Source of the DNA: Parasitella parasitica NRRL 2501 | Taxonomy: Eukaryota > Fungi > Mucoromycota | DNA length: 64,000 nt | Assembly (NCBI GenBank): GCA_025201805.1 | Contig: MU619299.1 | Span: 96,200 to 160,199 of the forward strand | Direction of reading: 5' to 3' | Shown here: in pieces, positions 25,983 through 39,370 of the stretch | Numbering within the stretch: the first letter of the stretch is position 1 | Layout of the letters: the number at the start of each line of letters is the position of its first letter | Position numbers and translations under genes: made by a program | Notes under the pieces: model-generated | What the model saw: the letters and a program-made list of their open reading frames with translations, nothing else | What the model was told of the DNA's origin: nothing | The model's database searches: none

Positions 25983-28511
25983 TGAACAATTTATCTATAT
26001 TCATCATGACATTTAAAATAACATTTATAAAACATTTATCATCACGAGTTATAAATTTTAAATCATACTCTAGAGTGGTACAAAAGAAATAAGATGTCTC
26101 TATCTCTTATGTTTTGCAAAGGTAATAGACATTGAGCCGTAGATATTAAACCAATTATTAGCGTTATACATCAGCATAAACTGAGTTTTCACACACAAAG
26201 AATCTTCGTTAAAATAAGAGTATGATATTGTATATGAACTTCAAATAAACCAAGCTCCAATATCAATATGCCATTGGTTCTCTCTTTTTCAATCATTGCT
26301 ACCACGAAGTCATTTTATCCATAATCATTCATTCTAGAAAAACTAGTATAAAAAGATAGATGTTTATATAAAGTTTTAAAAAGTAGTTTTATATTTTTTG
26401 ATACTAGTAATTTAACAATTAGTTAGGGAAAAAGGCAACATTTTTATCCAACCAAAAATAAAGCTGTAGAAATATTTTTTTGAAATCATATTTTACTATT
26501 AAGCTATATATGAACGCCTGTTCCAAGTTGCGTACGAGATTCATGTGTCTTACTCCTCAATTGAGAATGAGTCAGCATTGGCAACATATGTACCTATATA
26601 CGGTATAAAGATTTTATACGTGGATGATTTCAAATTGTGTCAATACTATACATCACAAGAAAGTATTAGGACACACATTTACCTTATCAGCGCCAATGAT
26701 TTATGTAAGGTGATGTATTCTGCATCGAGTAATGCAAATTCTAGCACAATTAACATAACTTTCTTTTACTTTCAATTATCAAAAAAATTCTTGATTCGGC
26801 AATTTTATAATGATGGTTTGAAATTAAGCAGAACTTATATAAAACTTCCAGACAAACACATGAAACTATAAAAAAAATGAAAAAAAAACTAACAATTTTA
26901 AAGCCTGTTATAATTCAAGCATGGTTTGGGAAGTTTGCAAACCATTTGATTTCCACTGAGCGATGTCTCTATCAAAAGTTATCTGTGAAAACCGTTTCGC
27001 GTTTTTTTTTGGCGGAGTGTGAAATATAAAATCACGTGATGGGTGTGTAAGTTGTTGTGTTAAATTCTCCTCGTCTATTCTACGATATACTTCAGATGTT
27101 TTTTGATTACATTTTTCAATCTTACAAGTCGGAGGGGGAGTAACTGGTACTCATGGGATCCATTATGGATACCCACCTTATCCGCAATTTAATTAATATC
27201 ATTTTATATGAATAAATCTTATACTTTGACTATTCTACGATATAACAAAAACTTGTTACATAGTGCCCGATTAGCATCAATAATCCTATTAGCGCTTAGC
27301 ACTTCCGTATAATAAACCCATGTGTGTTGTAAAATATCAATGTTTAAAATGTATTTTAGTATTTATTGATACTGATATGATAATAAAACGTATGGATCGA
27401 TTTGCGTTATGTAAAAATAGCTTTAACTTTCATGAATGACAAACTTTTGCTCATAATTTATACTAAAGGAAGGGTAGAACCGAGATAGACGAACCTGGAA
27501 ATCATCGAAAAGATTAGAGTTATCCAGTAAAAATACTTCTTTTGATGACGGAAAAATCGATCTTTATAGTCTTTCTCTTGCAACGAAAGCAGCTGCATTG
27601 TGAGTAAATACAAACTTATAGAGGCGACCAAACAATGCACCACATCAATACCTACATGCCCATATATTCTACACAACTGTTGCTCAATTATCTTTTTGCC
27701 AAAAACCTTGACCAAAACCAATCTGCCGCGATTCTTGTCTCTAGTTTTATAGACTGCCAAAATGGGCCACCATTTATCAAATAAAGTACTGTGTTCTACG
27801 GTAGAGTCAATGTACAATAAATCTGCCAACGGAATCAGGAAGTGCTAAGAAAACGCACATTATTATAAATTATCTATTTTCAATAATGCATCATGTATAA
27901 TGCTACAGGCATATTGGATGTCAACCATGAAGTGGCGTATAGTTTACAGGAAAAATATTTAGAGTAGTTGCTTCGATTTTAGCTTCTGTGTGATGGATTT
28001 TTGAGTAACCACCAAGGTTTATACAGTGATATTATTGAAACAAGCGAATGAAATAGACATCAAAGTCTGTTTTCGATTATAGTCTACTATAGCATAGCAA
28101 GTGCCTATCATGATATATATACAACGTAGTAGACAATTTTGCTACAAGTACAGGCTGCCGTACACAAGTTGCACAAGAATATGGAGAGATGGTCCTACAT
28201 GATACAACCCAAGATGTAACCGATGGCTTTCTCTGCATCATAATGATTCAACAATAATAGCAATGCACAAACAAAATAAATCAGCAACTCGTGTTGGGGA
28301 GAGTATTATTGTTATTATGATTTTGTTTTTAAGCCGAAGCAATTATACATGTGTATAAATTTTAATTCTTTGCTTCGCCCTCCTTTTCCTGATCTTGAAC
28401 AGTGGTTTTTAAGGTTCAAACTGAGCGAATTATATATTTCATCCTTTTTTTATCCCACCAAGAATACCCTTTCTCTTCATTTTCTTACACTACACTGTGT
28501 AAAAAACAAAG

Positions 28512-31204
28512 ATGCAATCATTTGCTCAAAAGTTTACCTATGATGTAGCCTTGTGGATATTCAATCTTATGCTGGATATTTTTTTCCGAGAAGTTCGGCC
28601 TAGAGGAGCGCATAAAATACCCAAAAAAGGTCCAGTTATTTTTGTTGTGGCCCCACACGCAAATCAGGTATGTATATATGTAGGTGGCCTCGCTAGTAAT
28701 TATTAACGGTTTAAATACTATAGTTTGTTGATCCCATAGTTCTCATGCGAGAATGTGGCAGAAGGGTTTCATTCCTGATAGCAGAGAAATCAATGCACCA
28801 GAAAGGAATTGGCTTCTTTGCTCGGATGATTAATGCTAGTAAGTTCCTCTATTTATCTGCAGAAATCAATCAAAATTAACGTTTGCAAGTTCCTGTTGTT
28901 CGACCACAGGATTTGGCGAAACCTGGCAGTGGCCGTATTCAGCTGCTGAACCGCAAAACAGATCCTCTTCGTATTATTGGTATCGATACCCAGTTCACAG
29001 CCCAATTGAAGCCACGCGATTCGATTGTACTTCCAAAGGGATGTGGTGTATCTGAAGTAGATCAAGTAATCTCGGATACAGAGATAATAATCAAAAAGGA
29101 ATTTAAGGAATTGAAGGCGATGGAGATGCTGACGCAAAGCGACGGTACAGCCTACAAATGCATGCCGCATGTTGAGCAGGATTCAGTGTACAGGTGTGTT
29201 CATGACGAGCTGAACAATGGAAGATGCATCACAATCTTTCCAGAAGGTGGCAGTCATGACAGGGCGGAAATGCTACCTTTGAAAGGTGAGAAAATTTCCT
29301 GTTTGTTTTATGTTTGTGATTTGCTGAATATTGGGGCAACTCTTTTTCTTGTAGCTGGTGTTACGTTGATGGCGTTGGGTGCAATGGCAAAGTATGAAGG
29401 GTTGGATGTTAAAATTGTCCCTTGTGGTAGGCTCTCTTTCTGCTTGAATTTTTCGAGGCATACACTGACCTAGACCATACAATAGGGCTTAACTATTTTC
29501 ATGCTCATCGCTTTCGATCTCGCGCAGTGATTGAGTTTGGTAATCCCATCACAGTGTCAGCTGAGCTCGTTCAGAAGTTCAAATCGGGTGGAATAGCAAA
29601 GAGAGAAGCCTGCTCAAATTTACTGGATAGCATCTACAATGCGCTAAAAACAGTGACAATTAATGCGGGAAGTTATGAAACACTTATGGTATGTGTGAAT
29701 GATTTAGGTTGTCTTGCAAGACAAATTAAACAAACAAACACCTGCTACAGTTGATTCAAGCTGCAAGGCGACTTTACAAGCCGGCACACAAGAAATTGCA
29801 TCTTTCTCAAGTAGTTGATCTGAACAGACGATTTTTGATTGGATACAATATATTCAGGGACGATCCCAAAGTGATGGAGCTACAGCAAAGAGTCATGGCG
29901 TACAACCAATTACTGAAATATCATGGCATCAAAGATCATCAAGTTTCAAAAACTAACAACGAGAACAACGGCCGGCTGTTATGGCTGCTGATTAAGCGTA
30001 TATTTATTCTGATCATTTTGGGTTTGTGGGCATTTCCAGGTGGTATTTTAAATCTCCCGGTTGTTATTGTAGCCAAGGTGATTAGCCAAAAGAAGGCAAA
30101 AGGTAAAGTGAATTTCTACTCTGTACGGGATACCTAACATTTTGCTCCAGATGCTTTGAAAGGATCAACAGTTAAAATTGCAGGTCGGGATGTCCTGGCA
30201 ACGTGGAAACTGCTAGTTGGATTGGTATTGCTACCGACATTGTATGGATTTTACAGCTTGATTGTGTTCATCGCTGTACTACAAACGAATTTTGATACAA
30301 AATGGAAGCTGATTTTTCCACTGGCAACATGGAGTCTGCTACCATTCGTGTCTTATGCAAGCTTGAGATTTGGTGAAATTGGTCATGATATCTTCAAGTA
30401 GGTTGGGAAGACAAAGAATTGGTAATGCAACTAAACATCTTAAATAGGTCAATTCAGCCTACAGTGATGGCATTATTAGATCCGCAGGGGGCCGAAACCC
30501 TCCGTCAGAACCGGGAGAAACTATCAAGCAATATCACCGAATTGATCAACGAATATGGGCCCAAAGTATTCCCTGATTTTGATGGTATATATATATATAT
30601 ATACACTGTGCAATCTTGATGAGTGTAGTCAATAACGCACATTAAAATAGCCAATTACATTTCAAGCCCTGTCCCTAGTCGCACAACAAGCACAAACAAC
30701 ATTTCATGGACATCTGCACCTAGTAAGCTACCCAAGATTGCAAGCGGTTTCTTCCAACAGGCGACGCGCATGAATTGGCTGGACGACAAGAACATATTCA
30801 ACTGGGGACGAACTGAGGATTCGGACATGGCTGATGATGTATTCTTCTTTTTGGACAAATTTTATGGCAACATTAGCGGTCGCAGCAGAAGTGGCTCCGT
30901 CAGCGAATCAGACTCAAGACCTGCCAGCCGAAATCGCAGCCGTGCCAACAGCGTCAGTAACGAAAGTTTCATCAAAGTTGAAGGCATGACAAGTTTGCCT
31001 GATAATAACAATATACCAGATGATGATATTGCTCCTGCTCCGCTCGTCATACAAGATGAAGCCCCCTCAGGTAGCAACAAATCATTGACGGCAAGACGTA
31101 TATTTAGAATTGATGATGTCGAGGAGGATGATGAGGAAGAAGAGGAAGATCAGCAAGTAACCGTGCACAAGCTATCAGTGGGAGATAGCAAAAAAGATGT
31201 TTAG
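28512..31204 (+). CDS. Glycerol-3-phosphate O-acyltransferase (Sct1/Gpt2 family)
   Basis: APHANQFVDP, FPEGGSHDR, GLNYFHAHRFRSR and IAGRDVLATWK motifs; multi-exon. Confidence 0.93.
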
Positions 31205-31373
31205 GCTATCAGAGATTGGCATCAAAACAAAAAAATACCATAATCAATAAATAAATCTTTGCTAACTCTGAGCGAAATGAATATTCCTATAACCACCCTA
31301 GCCATTTATATTATACTCCAGGGTTTCCCATTACTATTTTTTTTTTTTTTTTTTTCCCTCACTGCCACCTCAG

Positions 31374-32062
31374 ATGATGTTACGCTGCTTTTCAACCCAA
31401 AACAAATACGCACTAAGCTTAGGTTTACAGCAAAGAAGCCTCAGTTCGACATGTCGCCTATTTAGTAGCAACAAGCCTGATGACAAGGTTATGAAGAGCA
31501 CAGAGGAGGATTGGGAGCAGGCAGATGTAAAGCAATCCAGCATTGCCAATTACGCTATTCCACGGCAGGCTTCGTCCGCCATCCCGAGCAGCATGTTGGC
31601 AGCATTCAACAACATGTTTGACCGCGGACCCAATGTAGGTGTTGAAGTGATCACAAAAAAGGGATTCGTCCTTTCGAACCATATCAAAGTCAACCAACCG
31701 CTCATTCTACTAAACGGATCACCATTTTTATGGAACGCACCGCCGCGAACAGCTGGATTTCTACCCATGAAAGACTGGGACACTGACACTTTTAGGATAT
31801 TTGAGATAGTGTCGCCCAGGCCTGAGTTGATCATGTTTGGTACCGGCCGAGAGTTTGCTCCCATTCCTGAGCATATCAGACAGTATTTCTTTAAGTTAGG
31901 AATTCAAGTAGATCAGATGAATTCTGTAAGTCTTGGCCGAAATGGCTAAACAGTCTTTGTTCTTAACCTTTAAAGTAGAAACATGCAGCCGCGACTTACA
32001 ATGTATTGGCAGAAGAGGGAAGAAGAATTGCAGCAGCTTTATTACCACTTGACGAAAATTAA
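31374..32062 (+). CDS. NDUFAF3: Complex I assembly factor NDUFAF3 (Mth938-like domain)
   Basis: Mitochondrial presequence; PRPELIMFGTG...GIQVDQMNS, intron, KHAAATYNVLAEEGRRIAAALLP. Confidence 0.9.
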
Positions 32063-32092
32063 ATAAACAAATATGTACAGCTATTTACAAAA

Positions 32093-33432
32093 TCAAGGTT
32101 GGACTAAAACCCTTTGTTGTTTGTGTATCAGTTGGATGCCACTGTCTCTTGGTGGAGGCGGGAAAGTGATCCGGTCATTGTGAAAGAACGAGGGCCCTTT
32201 TCTAATCCTTATCACACTAGTGAAAATTGCCTGTATAAATCTCTGTTCGTCAATTAGACGCACATCTTTTCGCAGGCTAGGTTGGTCAGTTACTGTGGCG
32301 ACCAGATTTCGTATGTTCCAAGCAGACAGCAAAAACAGTTTTTTGGAGCTGATGTTGTTGTCTTTGAGTTGTCTGTACGTAGTTTTTCGAACCTCTTTCA
32401 CTAAATCGCCCACTGCTTTGGCCCATAATATGTTTTGGCTCAAATCCTTGTTGTCTTCGTCTCGGGCGTATCTTTTCATCTTGGATTCGATTGCCTAATA
32501 ACCAGCTATTAGTACGGTTCTTTTGCGAAACTACGCACTTACCAGGTCACAGCGGTTTTTAACAAAGAATACAGGAATGTCGTGTTCTTGTGCTTTTACC
32601 GCAATGTCCAGATCTATCGACTGCAATCTATTATCTATGTCAGATGATCTTGTGCGCCATCACCTCGGAATTACTTTAAATATGTCCATACCTTTCTGCA
32701 GTTACAATGATCAGAGAATCAAAGACATTCAAATGATTATCTTCAAAGTAAGTGGCTGAATTATGCGTGCAAGTTCCTCCTCCTGGCATGTCCCACAAGA
32801 CCATTGCTCGTAATTCAGGATGTCTGTGTCCTCGAGGTTCGTCGCGGTACCCAGCCGCCTCGTTAGTGGGCGCTGCACTCGGATGTGTGTCCTGGTAGCC
32901 TAAAAGAGCATTGACCATGGTGCTCTATCATGTTGTGTAAGTTGATGCTTTGCTTACCATCTCTTATGTATACGTACCTTTCCTGTTCCTGCACTGCCGA
33001 CGACTGCTATATTGTAGAATTGGTCACAGTCTACACCAATAGCTCTTCGAGCATTGAATTTGGTTTCTTCCGATATGTCAAGTGGTTTATCAGGGCTCTC
33101 AGTGAAAATGGTTTGATATGCAGACCATAATGCAACAAAAGGAGACAATGGCCCTAAGTAATGATGCATATCAGTGCGTGATGAGTTATGCGATCAAGGC
33201 AAAACTTACATCCGACAACGCCTAGCAATCCTCCAACTGTGCTGTCTATCATTTTCACTCCCGTATATTCATGTTCACTAAATTTATACGCATTTAAAAT
33301 TGGAAATGCTACAATCACCATTGGAACTGAAATGGTTGATAGAGTTGCCTTCTTAAATCGGCTGGAAAAATCATTGATATTGCACAATACATTTGATTTG
33401 TTTCCGAGTGTAATTGAAGCTGCTTGTCCCAT
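32093..33432 (-). CDS. Immunity-related GTPase-like (IRG/IIGP p47 family) P-loop GTPase, 4 introns
   Basis: The spliced product has MGQAAS, NIAVVGSAGTGK|STMVNALLG (G1), HPELRAMVLWDMPGGG (G3), FDSLIIVTAER, VFFVKNRCD (G4) and LFLLSAW (G5). Confidence 0.75.
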
Positions 33433-34065
33433 TTTAATTGACTGAAAAAAGACAGAAAAGAGAGAAAGAAGGAGGCCGAGTTTTTCTTGATTTATAGCCT
33501 AAAGGAGGCCAGATCAGGAGCCCTCATCTCAGAGCCATATGGTCGACCTTTTCCGCAGAACAACCAGGCCCAGTTTCATGTGAAAATTTTGTCAGGAGGT
33601 CATGGGTTGGCAAGCATCATCCAATGTTTTCTAGCTACAAAATGTGAACTCTATGCTGAATTATACGATAATTTTTCTCATATTAACCACACCTATTTCC
33701 AAAGCATGGTATATCCGTATTTTCTCTCTTTACATGACGAAATTGTTAGGAAAAAAGCTTTAATTCAACATTTGTTGCTCTATGAACATGTATACGTAAA
33801 CATGGCTTGTGCAACGTGCAACAACAAATGCAGGAATTCGTGATTTCAAATATTACATATATCAAGTACAGCATTTCCCTCCTGACTTGAAGATCAGAGG
33901 TGGATTATCTAAATACTATTGACTCTATTTGTGATCCCATCAATTCTTGGCCATGCTGTACGATAATAAGCCTGGGATCTTGTCTGATTACATATGACAT
34001 TCGCTTGTGTAATGTAGTATTTAGTTCAGCGCCATACATGCTATGATATTCACGTTTAAGAAATA

Positions 34066-34990
34066 CACCTTTTTTTAAAAAATATTCGTAAACTGGAGCA
34101 AGAGATTTCGCACACTTGAAAAAACGTCTGTGGAATAAAATATGGATCAGCTATTGAAAAGTTTTGTATAGATGTCTAATAAAATCTCGTGCACTTTTGA
34201 AAAAAAAAATCGTACAGATCTTTTGCACAGAGGTTTGTAATTGTACCACATCCAAGCAACCTTGAAATTTTGACACCAAGTATTAACAAGCACTTTGCAA
34301 CCCGCTCGAGTAGATATTATTACAGGCTTCAGTAATTCTAGGTAGCAGTGTTTTTTCAGGTGAAGAGACCCTTTTCAGAATTCAGTTTTGGTCCTACTTT
34401 ATTTTCAACTCTCAAGTTTCAGCACTAGCAAGCAGTACCTCTTCAACAGCCATCTCTATCATCCTCGTTAATTGCAAATATGCTCTTACCTGAATCTTTG
34501 AGTAAATTCTTTGTATAGGCCACGTTTTTTTCTTTTTCTTTATATATATGGCTTCGCCTAATCTGTCAAAAGAAAAATAGCCTTCACAACAAGATTGTAA
34601 AGTCTCTTGTCAGTTCTTTGCTCATCCTTTTTAAAAGTTGCCCAAGCTTGAAAGCAACGCATATCCGTGTATAAAACCAATCTTATCAATATTTGAAGCA
34701 TTGTTGTTGAAAACAGTAATGGCTTCATTTGTTGCAACATGACCTGGCTGAGAGTCGGTGTTCTCGCTTACCATAGTAGATGTAACATTATCTTGATCAT
34801 CGGTCTGCAGTGAAGTCGCTTGGAGTAAATCTGGTTTCTCTGATACAGTTAACAAAGTCATTGAAGGTTGTTGAAGGCTTTTGAAGACTATTGTTAAACC
34901 TGTTGAAGCCCTGTTAAAGTCTGTTGTTTAGTCTGTTCTTGAGCCTATTATTGAGTCTATTGTTGAATCTATTGTTGAGCCTGCTGAAGT
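34066..34990 (-). mobile_element. Tc1/IS630-derived non-autonomous segment, copy 1 (inverted relative to copy 2)
   Basis: Reverse complement of ~39251-40099. It carries a transposase C-terminus-like remnant and its outer end is TA|CAC. Confidence 0.65.
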
Positions 34991-36904
34991 TTGTTTTTAA
35001 TAAGCTTACCAACAATAACTGAAAAAGCACGCACATTCACTTATCATTCATGAATTTAAGCACGTGCCGGATTAAATATTTGAAAAAAATACATTTTTCT
35101 TCTTTCTTTTTTAATAAAAAGTAAGTGTCTACAACAAAGCGTTATACAGTAGTTAAATAATTTTGCTTCCTTTGCTTACAATACAGAATATCTGCCTCTA
35201 AGAAATTCGAGAGATCACTATAAAAACAGGTTGTAAAAGTTAAGGCTTTCCCCTTTTCAAAAATTATGCGAAATTCAGTTCTTGGCAAAAAAAAAAAAAA
35301 AAACTCTTTCTTTTACCAAAAACTATTGATTTTCATCTTTTTGAATGCGAAATCCGGTAAGAATATGAATCACTCCTTTGTAAGCTTAATAGCTATGATA
35401 ATGCTGAATGCGTATAGTCAAAAGATGAATCACTTTTCATTGGAAGAGTTTTAGATCCGTTTTTAAATGTGATTTTTCCTGCCGGTGGTACTGAGACTAG
35501 AGATGGGTAAGTACTACGGTATACATGGCACATGTATACGCAAACTCATAACCATCTGCGTTATGTAGTCGTTTCACACTTTTATAGGAAATAGCGCCAT
35601 AAGAACTGGCATGATCATCGCTATCTGAGCATAACTTGCTTTTCACTGGGCAATGTGTTCATCCAACTTGAAGCCTGATGTGAATTACAGTTCCAGAATT
35701 GGCTCTAATATATTCAAATGTCCGAACTCTGTTGCCAAACACGACTTGTTCAAGATGTCTTTGGAATTACAGCTTATGATTAATCGTATGATAGCCAACA
35801 AGGTCTATAAGCCTGTCGACTATGTATTTGTTGGACAAGGTAGAGTTATGAGCAAAGCATTGCGAAGAGTAAATAACTAACTCTTTAAGTGTAGGTTTCG
35901 ATTATGAAGTTTATAGAATGGAATTGGTCGCTCCTTATTTCTATTTACTAATCAAGGTACGCTCATTGTACCTTCCTCGAAGTAAATATAACTTGACAGT
36001 TGCCCTTACAACTATACCTACCTTGCTGCAACTGCAACAACTTACTTGCAACCAAGTGCATAAAGCAAGAAAAAATGTTGTGTTTGCTGAAAGCGAACAT
36101 TGTGATTGGACAAGATCCTCTTTGATTTTCTTAAAATCAACTTTTTTAAAAACAAATTTGTATATGTAGAATGAAAAAGAGTATACAGACACGAAATCGT
36201 TCTAGCTTCTTAGGAGTAGTAAACATACTCCCTCATATTGGAACAAATTAAATGCACAATGTATAAGTAATTTGTGATCTTTAAACATTGAAAAAATTTG
36301 ACCGTTGAATCTTCAGCTGTACCTCCTTTGTTAATGTCAACACTGAAACAAATCTCTTTTCAATTTGTATTTTCTATGACTGGTTACATGGCAGTGTTGG
36401 TCAACCAAAGAGAACTGCTTTATGCAGCAGAAAGCATTTCCATGGCAAATCAGTCGAGGTAGATCATACGAAGAAGATAGTTATAGATGCAAATCAAGCA
36501 AGCCGCTGTATTAGATGCGAGAAAAAAATGCTTGAAGATATCAACAACAGCAGTAGCACCCATTTTTACTACGTGAAACTTCTCGATTTATTGGCAGATA
36601 TTCAATAGGATAATTCTGGAATGGCCGCTATTTTTAGACAAGAGAACCAGTTGTTTAGAGAGGAAAATGAAAGACTACATCAACAACTGGCCAGCAAATA
36701 GTGAAAGATCAAGAGATGTGCTGATTATCCTGTAATCAAGAGAAGAAAAATTGACAAAGGCAAGCAAAAGGAAGCGAATTACATTGGTATTGGTACTGAT
36801 GAAGACGAATTTATGAATACTATTTATGTAATTTTTATTCAATTGTTTTTTCTTATGTATTTAACTAAGCATAAAACATGAGCATTTTTAAGTGTATCAC
36901 AAAG

Positions 36905-37000
36905 GATAATTGCACCATCCATAAATCAAAACCGATGATCAGGAAGATTGAAAGTCGCGGTTATAAGGTGATTCATCTACCCCCTTATTCGGCTGAGTTA
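36905..37000 (+). pseudogene. Tc1/IS630 (DDE_3) transposase fragment
   Basis: Translates DNCTIHKSKPMIRKIESRGYKVIHLPPYSAEL, matching the DNxxxH...LPPYSPELNPIE signature; truncated on both sides. Confidence 0.8.
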
Positions 37001-39250
37001 CTGTCATTTTGCAGTTTCTGTAAAAAACTTTAAAGTAAATGATAAAGGTCATAATGATTATGATAATATATATTAGGATTTCTGGTAACAAACCTTTTAT
37101 TTCCGACGAAAGCTTAAAAGTTTCTGAGAGGAAAGAAATGTCTCCCTGAAAAGGTTTTAAGTGGGGATTTCCATATTCAGAGAAAAAGAGTAACTGCTTT
37201 GTTTTTTTCGTAGTAAGAATACAAAGAGAATGTGTTGTGAAATAAGCTTTCTACGTCATATCTTTAGGTTCAAGGTAGCCTTTAAGAAAGATTACGGCTG
37301 TCTATAGACAAATATCTGTGATTCTGTATGTAAGTGTATCTGTTGACTTTAGATCAAAAACCTTTAATTGGATTCAGGAGCGGGGAGTAAGGTTGAAGAT
37401 AAACACATTTATATCCTTAGGACTTCATAAATTTCTATGCAGATGATTTTTTATGAATGGATGTGTTATCCTGGTGTAATTGTTTCCTTTTCTCTGGCAT
37501 TTTCTTATACCTTCAGTTGATCTAAAGGTCTTGTCAGACAAGTACCAAGCTGATTTCTATATATTCAGCAGTACAGTAGAACAGCTAGTAAAACCTGTGC
37601 CATCTTTTTCAATATTGGAATGGTTCAAAAGTGTGTCTTTGTAAAGCCAGCGTAGATTCTAGGCGCCTAACTTTTTTTTTTTGGTCTACGCGGACTTCAG
37701 TGTGTTGTTTTCAAAAAAAAAGACAAAAACTGTAAGAAAACAATGTTAAGCAATCTCAAACACAAAAAAAAAAAGTAATTAAAGCAATGCATTTGACTAT
37801 AAGGCACTTTTTGATTACATATTTGCAAAGCTTAAAGAAAGATTTTGTTCTTTTTAAGTTGACATCAGATGAAAGTAACGACTTTTTGCTTTTTTTTCAG
37901 AAAAGTATTTTTCAAAATCGGAGCGTGAGGAATTTAAGCCAGTTACAGACATCCAAGTACTACCATTAAAAAGCCAAGAATTACACAATTTAATAAACGA
38001 GGTTTCAATTGTTTTTCTTTTGAATTAGTTAAGTTATGGCTTCTCAAAGCTAATGCTTTCTTCAAAAAAAGCACCATTTTTCTTTGATGGCGGAGATTAA
38101 ACGCATCTAAAATTAGGAAGAAAAAATTCTTTCAAAAACTCCATTTGGACAATTCGAAACCAAAATTACTTCTTTGAGGCAAAATATTATCTTCCGATAC
38201 TATGCATACTACAGTTGTCAGTTAATGATCATAGATGTATTTTTGGGCGCTCTACAAGATGGTATCATTACATGATTCCCGTATGCTTATACAAGTAATT
38301 CTGCTGAGAAAACCTCAAAAGCAGATTAAGAGGGAGAAGTCAACATTTTGCTTAATCAGAGCGCATTTCCAGTCTTTCAGATCAAGGAATGAGCTTTTAC
38401 GATCATTTTACTCTAATATATGCTATAGTAAAAAGTCACATTTTTGAGGTCAAAATCGAGGATAATGCATAACCTACGATTTTGGATGCGTGGATACAAG
38501 GAAAAAAATGAAAAAATCCGTCATTTTGCATCGAAAAAAAAAAATCATGCTCAAATTGCACCAAAATCATATATAATATAGTTGTTTCCCAATGGATACT
38601 ATTTCTGGTGTTTTCAGGGCACTTTTGATTATGAAAATTAATCAAAAAATGGCACACACAGCTAAAGTTCTTGCTTTTAAGATGTAAAAATATGTTTCTG
38701 GAGGCGATATCAAGTCAATATCAATTCTAGTACATGACTAAGTCCTATAAAGTAAGTATTTTTGATACCACAAGAATACATTTCTTCACGATACTATAAT
38801 CAAACAGATGTGGCCGATTGAGTTGGAAGCAGAAGAGGGTAATTAATGCATACAATGTTTTGCTGTAATAACCCCTTGTTATTTATGAATAATTCAAATG
38901 AATAACGATTATTTCCAAAGACAATTAATAAAGAGACTGCAAGTGATTATATCACGAAGCACGAAAGGTCTTTATTAATGATTGAAAAAGGAAGCCAAAT
39001 TGCTCTGGTCCTGGTATCTAAAAGTTTTTATACAATTCCATTTGAATTCAGTGTCAATGTTGGAATTGAGATGAGATTACCTCCAGTTAATAGGCAAAAA
39101 CCGACGCAAAACATTGGAGTCTCGTTGTTGGAGATTGAAGTTTGCCGTTGTTGCCTAGGTTCTACCATGAGACAAACTGGTGAAATGTCTATGTTAATCT
39201 TGAAGATTTGACTTGTTGGATTAGAAGGAAAAGATAATTTTGGCAACAGA

Positions 39251-39370
39251 TTTCAACAGGCTTCAACAGTCTTCAACAGTCTTCAACAGGCTTCAACAAA
39301 CTTAACAACAAGCTTCAACAGGGCTTCAACAGGTTTAACAATAGTCTTCAAAAGCCTTCAACAACCTTCA
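39251..39370 (+). repeat. Degenerate ~10-bp tandem repeat (cttcaacagg/t)
   Basis: cttcaacagt cttcaacagt cttcaacagg cttcaacaaa...; a related inverted array lies at 34861-34990. Confidence 0.8.

Noticed and set aside
26000-28400. 108-aa and 123-aa ORFs in an AT-rich intergenic region
   Set aside because: Non-ATG starts, no motifs; likely spurious or unrecognisable transposon debris.
34558-34861. Duplicated 76-aa and 60-aa ORFs (also 39371-39674) as real paralogous genes
   Set aside because: They are explained by the inverted repeat of a degenerate transposon; frames are stop-interrupted.
39251-39310. CRISPR-like repeat array
   Set aside because: Contiguous 10-bp minisatellite without spacers in a eukaryotic genome.
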